Positions 59,592-64,000 of a DNA stretch of 64,000 nucleotides are shown here, one piece after another. How positions within the stretch are numbered: the first letter of the stretch is position 1; each line of letters starts with the position of its first letter. The position numbers and the translations under genes were made by a program. A model generated the notes under the pieces. It was given only the letters and a program-made list of their open reading frames with translations. It was not told where the DNA came from and ran no database searches. The stretch covers positions 1,154 to 65,153 of the forward strand of contig CALVOW010000004.1 in NCBI GenBank assembly GCA_944350445.1, read 5' to 3'. The DNA comes from an uncultured Bacilli bacterium (lineage in GTDB: Bacteria > Bacillota_I > Bacilli_A > RF39 > UBA660).

Positions 59592-61682
59592 ATGTATCAA
59601 AATCAAGATGAAAAAGAGAATGTTTTAGAAAAATATGGTCGTGATATAACACAAGATGCTAAAAATGGAAAAATTGATCCCGTTATTGGCCGTGACGAAG
59701 AAATTCGTGGAATCACGCGTATTTTATCCAGAAAAACTAAAAATAATCCCGTTTTAATTGGTGAACCGGGCGTTGGAAAAACAGCAATTGTTGAAGGTCT
59801 TGCTAATCGTATTGTTGCAGGCGATGTTCCAAATAGTTTACGTGATAAAAAAATTTGGGAACTAGATCTTGCTAGTTTAGTAGCTGGGGCGAAATATCGT
59901 GGTGAATTTGAAGAGCGTTTAAAAAATGTTTTAAATGAAATTAAAAAAAGTGAAGGTAATATCATCATGTTTATTGATGAAATTCATATGATTGTTGGAA
60001 ATGGTGCCGAAGGAGCAATGGATACTTCCAATATTTTAAAACCACTTCTTGCTCGTGGAGAAATTCATGTAATCGGAGCTACCACTTTAAACGAATATCG
60101 TAAATATATTGAAAAAGATGGAGCTTTAGAAAGACGTTTTCAAAAGATAAAAGTATCCGAACCATCTGTTGAAGATACTATTACTATTCTTCGAGGTTTA
60201 AAAGAAAGATTTGAAATTCATCATGGTGTATCAATTACCGATAAGGCTTTAATAAGTGCAGCCACTTTATCTAATCGTTATATAACTGATAGGTATTTAC
60301 CAGATAAAGCTATTGATTTAGTTGATGAAGCTTGTGCTACTATTCGTGTGCAAATGGATTCTGTTCCAAATGAATTAGATACAGTAACAAGAAATATTTT
60401 ATCTCTAGAAATTGAACGTCAAGCCATAAAAAAAGAAAAAGACGAATTATCAAAAAAACGAATGGAAGAAATAGATAGAGAACTTGTTAAGTTAAAAGGG
60501 GAAGAGGCTAATTTAAAAACAGCATGGGAACAAGAAAAAGCAATTAATGATCAAATCAAAGCTAAAAAACAAGAACTTGAAAATGCTAAATTTACTTTGC
60601 AAACAGCCGAAAATAAATATGATTTAGAAACAGCAGCAAGATTTAGACATGGAGAGATACCAAGACTTGAAAAAGAATTAGAAGAATTGAATAATAAAGA
60701 GAAAAATCGTATTTTATCAGATACTGTTAATGAAGAAGATATTGCTTATGTTATTTCCAAGTTAACAAATATTCCTTTAACAAAATTAGTTGCTTCGGAA
60801 AAAGAAAAACTTTTACATTTATTTGATAATATGAAAAAAAATGTTATGGGTCAAGATGAAGCTTTAAAATTAGTAAGTGATTGTATTTTAAAAAGTCGAA
60901 GTGGAATAAAAGATCCTAATCGACCAATTGGTTCTTTTATCTTTTTAGGTCCAACTGGGGTAGGTAAAACTGAAGTTGCTAAAACACTTGCTTATGAACT
61001 TTTTGATGATAAAAGTCATATGGTCCGTATTGATATGAGTGAATATATGGAAAAATTTAGTGTTTCTAGATTAATTGGTTCTCCTCCTGGTTATGTTGGA
61101 TATGAAGAAGGTGGCGAATTAACTGAGGCCGTTCGTCGTAATCCGTATAGTATAGTTTTATTTGATGAAATAGAAAAAGCTCATCCTGAAGTCTTAAATT
61201 TACTTTTACAAATACTAGATGATGGCCGTATAACTGATTCTAATGGACGTACTGTTGATTTTAAAAACACAATCATTATTATGACTAGTAATTTAGGATC
61301 AGAATATGCCTTAGAGGGTAAAAATGATTTAGTTTTAAAGGAACTTCAAGAGACTTTTAGACCAGAGTTTATTAATCGTATTGATGAAATTATTATTTTT
61401 AAACCATTATCAAAAGATATAATTTATCAAATTTTAGATAAAATTATTAAAGAAATAGAATATCGTTTAATTGATAAAAATATAAAAATAAGGTTAACAA
61501 ATGAAGCGAGGGATTATTTAGTTAGTATTGGCTATGATGTAAATTATGGAGCAAGACCTTTAAAAAGAGTTGTTTCACGTACTCTTGAAACTATTCTTGC
61601 TAATAAACTTATTAGTGGGGAAATTCATTATGGAGAAACAGTAACTTTTGACTGTGTAAATAATGAGTTAGTAATTAAATAA
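59592..61682 (+). CDS. clpB: ClpB-type AAA+ disaggregase lacking the N-terminal domain
   Basis: 696 aa from the ATG at 59592 (AAAGGGGA RBS). It starts at ...[29 protein letters not shown], just before NBD1. It has two P-loops ([18 protein letters not shown]) and a long coiled-coil middle domain. Confidence 0.9.
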   Translation: MYQNQDEKENVLEKYGRDITQDAKNGKIDPVIGRDEEIRGITRILSRKTKNNPVLIGEPGVGKTAIVEGLANRIVAGDVPNSLRDKKIWELDLASLVAGAKYRGEFEERLKNVLNEIKKSEGNIIMFIDEIHMIVGNGAEGAMDTSNILKPLLARGEIHVIGATTLNEYRKYIEKDGALERRFQKIKVSEPSVEDTITILRGLKERFEIHHGVSITDKALISAATLSNRYITDRYLPDKAIDLVDEACATIRVQMDSVPNELDTVTRNILSLEIERQAIKKEKDELSKKRMEEIDRELVKLKGEEANLKTAWEQEKAINDQIKAKKQELENAKFTLQTAENKYDLETAARFRHGEIPRLEKELEELNNKEKNRILSDTVNEEDIAYVISKLTNIPLTKLVASEKEKLLHLFDNMKKNVMGQDEALKLVSDCILKSRSGIKDPNRPIGSFIFLGPTGVGKTEVAKTLAYELFDDKSHMVRIDMSEYMEKFSVSRLIGSPPGYVGYEEGGELTEAVRRNPYSIVLFDEIEKAHPEVLNLLLQILDDGRITDSNGRTVDFKNTIIIMTSNLGSEYALEGKNDLVLKELQETFRPEFINRIDEIIIFKPLSKDIIYQILDKIIKEIEYRLIDKNIKIRLTNEARDYLVSIGYDVNYGARPLKRVVSRTLETILANKLISGEIHYGETVTFDCVNNELVIK

Positions 61683-62010
61683 TTAAGCATTTAGTTTTCT
61701 CTTTAAATACTTTTTTGCAAGGATATAAAAATATTATTGTAAAAAAGTGTAAAATTTAAAACTTAAAAAATAACTTTAAAACAAGAATTTCGTAATTATT
61801 TAAATTTAATTAAAGAATTTCCTATAAGAAAATTTTTAAAATTAAGTTTAAAATTAATTTAATTCTTGTTTTTTTTGTTATTTGACTATATTTAAAAATA
61901 TTTGTTATAGTTAATTTGGTGGAGAAATTATTTATAAATTAAGTAAATATTATGTATTTTTATTGATTATTAAAATCAATTTCTTTATAATTAATTATAG
62001 GAGGATATAT

Positions 62011-63891
62011 ATGAGTAACATAAACATAAATAAAAATATGCTAGATATAATGCAACAAGAAAATTTAAAACTTCAAAGTGGATCGGAAATAATTATTGAA
62101 AATCCTCATATACGAGTTTTAGAAGATTTAAAAAGAAGAAATAGGGATAATGGTAGTGTTATAGCCGGAGAGTATTTTGGGGGAAAATATACTTATGATG
62201 AAACTTTTAAGATGATTAATGATTACAAAAAAGCTTTTTTAAGTTTAGATGGAAATAATTCACACTCAATAACAGTTTCTTCACCAGCTGTAATTTCTTC
62301 TGTCAATGCCTTTTATGGAGCAATTGACGCTAATAAAATAGTTAATTCTGTTGGACCAGGTTTTCTCTTTGCTTTTCCTGAAAAATATATGAAAGAATTT
62401 GAAAGTGAGACTTTGTTTATCCATGAAGCATTTTTAAATGAAGCTTTTATCAATAGATTAGCTGCATCGGGAGTTAAAAACGTTGTTGTTACATCAACAA
62501 CTGATTATATGAATCCGATGGTAAAAGAATATGCAATTAAAAATGGTTTAGTAAATAAAGAAAACTTTTTGGATAGTTACGTTAAAAGTGGAAAGAAATT
62601 ACCGCAAGGAATGCAATTTATTAAATTAGAAGAATTTGCTAAAACTGGAGCGAAAATTAAAGAAGATGTTGAGTTTCCATATCAAGAAAAACAAATAGCT
62701 GCTCGTTTTTTAACCGGAGCTACAACTAGTCAAATTCCTAAGGCTGTGGAACTTTACGCAGATGGTTTAAATAAAATGGCCCAAATTTATGATAAAACTT
62801 GGTTTGATTTTAAACCTGGTGATCGAAATACAGTTTTTATTCCTTTATTTTATGCAACGGGAGCCATACATGGAGTTCATGCTGGATTATTTAGTGGTTT
62901 AACCAATATTTATAAACCAAAGTATGATCGCTTTGCCTTTGCTAAGGATTTAATGGATTCAAAGGCGAAAATTGCTTTGGTTGCGCCAAGTCATTTAGCA
63001 ACTTTAGTTGATTCTAATTTACCAGATGACTCTTTAAATCATGTAAAATATATTTTTATTGGTGGTGAGGCAATCATGCCAGCCCAAATGGAAAAATTTC
63101 GAGAAGCTTCTAAGAGACTTGGAATTGAATATATCTTAAATGGTTATGGTATGACGGAAACTGGAAGTATGTCAGGAATATCTGATAAGGTTGCTTTAAG
63201 TTTAGATGATGTAACGATTGTTCCAGCTCCAGGAGTTAAATATCGAATAGTAGATCCTATCACAAGAGAAGAACTTGGCGATAATCAAAGAGGTATTTTA
63301 GAAAAATGGACTCCTTGTGCTTGTAAAGATTATACTGATCCTGAAAAGACTAAACAGTTATTTACACCAGATGGTTGGATTAATACTGGAGATGTAGCTA
63401 TTAGATATAGTAATGGTAGATACCGTGTTTTTGGTCGCGGAACCGACTACTTTACAAATAATAAGAAGAAATATGCTATGTTTGATATTGAAGAAGAAGT
63501 TGTTAAACATCCAGGTATTGCGGAAGCTGAGGTAATAAAATTTGATCTTAATGGTCAAGAATATCCAGCAATTATTGTTGTATTAAAACAAGAATATCAA
63601 GATAAAATGCCAGACATTCTTGAATATATTTCACATTTAACAACACCAGGATTAGAATACTTAATAGGAACAAGATTTATTGATAAATTTAAAACTAATC
63701 CCGTTACTGCTAAAAGAGATTATTTATCACTTCCTGAAGAAAAAGATGGATATTATATCTTTGATAATAAAAATAATATTTTCTATCAAACTAATCTTAT
63801 TGGTGATAATGAGGCAAATAGATTTGTTATTTCCTCTAATGATTTAAAAATATTTGCATCTGAAAAAGCTAAGATTTTGATGAAAAAATAA
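62011..63891 (+). CDS. AMP-dependent synthetase/ligase (ANL superfamily, acyl-CoA synthetase-like)
   Basis: 626 aa from the ATG at 62011 (AGGAGGA RBS). Motifs are YGMTETG and GWINTGD..RYSNGRYRVFGR, with a divergent P-loop-like FLTGATTSQIPKAV. Confidence 0.78.
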   Translation: MSNININKNMLDIMQQENLKLQSGSEIIIENPHIRVLEDLKRRNRDNGSVIAGEYFGGKYTYDETFKMINDYKKAFLSLDGNNSHSITVSSPAVISSVNAFYGAIDANKIVNSVGPGFLFAFPEKYMKEFESETLFIHEAFLNEAFINRLAASGVKNVVVTSTTDYMNPMVKEYAIKNGLVNKENFLDSYVKSGKKLPQGMQFIKLEEFAKTGAKIKEDVEFPYQEKQIAARFLTGATTSQIPKAVELYADGLNKMAQIYDKTWFDFKPGDRNTVFIPLFYATGAIHGVHAGLFSGLTNIYKPKYDRFAFAKDLMDSKAKIALVAPSHLATLVDSNLPDDSLNHVKYIFIGGEAIMPAQMEKFREASKRLGIEYILNGYGMTETGSMSGISDKVALSLDDVTIVPAPGVKYRIVDPITREELGDNQRGILEKWTPCACKDYTDPEKTKQLFTPDGWINTGDVAIRYSNGRYRVFGRGTDYFTNNKKKYAMFDIEEEVVKHPGIAEAEVIKFDLNGQEYPAIIVVLKQEYQDKMPDILEYISHLTTPGLEYLIGTRFIDKFKTNPVTAKRDYLSLPEEKDGYYIFDNKNNIFYQTNLIGDNEANRFVISSNDLKIFASEKAKILMKK

Positions 63892-63916
63892 TTTATAAAA
63901 ATAAAGGAGTAGAGAT

Positions 63917-64000
63917 ATGAAAACTTTTATGGCCTTTCCTATATGTAGTTTGGTATTTATTCTGCTTGTTTCTGTTGTATATTTTTATAAACCACGTATT
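63917..64000 (+). CDS. Start of a hydrophobic (membrane) protein, truncated by the window edge
   Basis: The ATG at 63917 follows an AAAGGAG RBS. The translation MKTFMAFPICSLVFILLVSVVYFYKPRI runs off the right edge. Confidence 0.4.
   Translation, partial: MKTFMAFPICSLVFILLVSVVYFYKPRI

Noticed and set aside
1-64000. Possibility that the genome uses genetic code 4 (TGA = Trp), given the extreme AT richness and Mollicutes-like traits.
   Set aside because: The prfB TGA frameshift site is intact, RF2 is encoded, and all long conserved genes are uninterrupted under the standard code.
1-64000. Searched for CRISPR arrays, IS elements, integrases, prophage genes, tRNA and rRNA genes.
   Set aside because: I found no regularly spaced repeats, no transposase or integrase motifs and no tRNA or rRNA-like sequences. 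The only repeated short elements are DnaA boxes and the duplicated terminator.

Overview
This window is the chromosomal replication-origin region of a very AT-rich Bacillota (Firmicutes) genome. It reads with the standard bacterial code: TGA is a stop, because prfB (45501-46611) carries the classic CTT TGA C +1 frameshift site. The backbone follows the Bacillus subtilis origin-proximal gene order in compressed form. On the minus strand sit jag-yidC-rnpA-rpmH, then a DnaA-box cluster, dnaA, and a second DnaA-box cluster with an AT-rich unwinding element. After that come dnaN, a comK-like gene, recF, gyrB, gyrA, SRP RNA, tadA, dnaX, ybaB, recR, bofA, holB, yaaT, a methyltransferase, pth, mfd and spoVT. 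These are followed by a T-box leader, an SPFH protein, metG, tatD, a 3D-domain protein, spoVG, yabP, yabQ, divIC, tilS and ftsH. The last stretch holds dusB, an RDD protein, prfB, uvrA, lgt, a trxB-like gene, whiA, clpP, GAPDH, ftsEX and clpB. Sporulation-associated genes (spoVG, spoVT, yabP, yabQ, bofA, whiA, yaaT) coexist with Mollicutes-like traits (a ClpB lacking its N-domain behind a CIRCE operator, and a miniature SRP RNA). That mix fits an Erysipelotrichia-like lineage, but I cannot assign a taxon. I saw no rRNA, tRNA, CRISPR array, transposase or integrase. Four non-backbone regions deserve attention. (i) 40354-43714 is a six-gene WXG100-like cassette with no signal peptides, ending in a papain-fold hydrolase. 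It is preceded by a processive GT2 synthase and a LysM lipoprotein, and no type VII secretion core genes are in the window. (ii) 31622-33238 holds two tandem paralogous TasA/camelysin-like secreted proteins. (iii) 52937-53639 holds a CarD-family gene overlapping a stand-alone RNA polymerase alpha-CTD-like gene. (iv) 1-2614 is a large SF2 helicase with an unrecognised ~560-aa N-terminal region; it runs off the left edge and is missing from the ORF track. All functional calls come from motif recognition by eye; no database search, folding or statistics were run.
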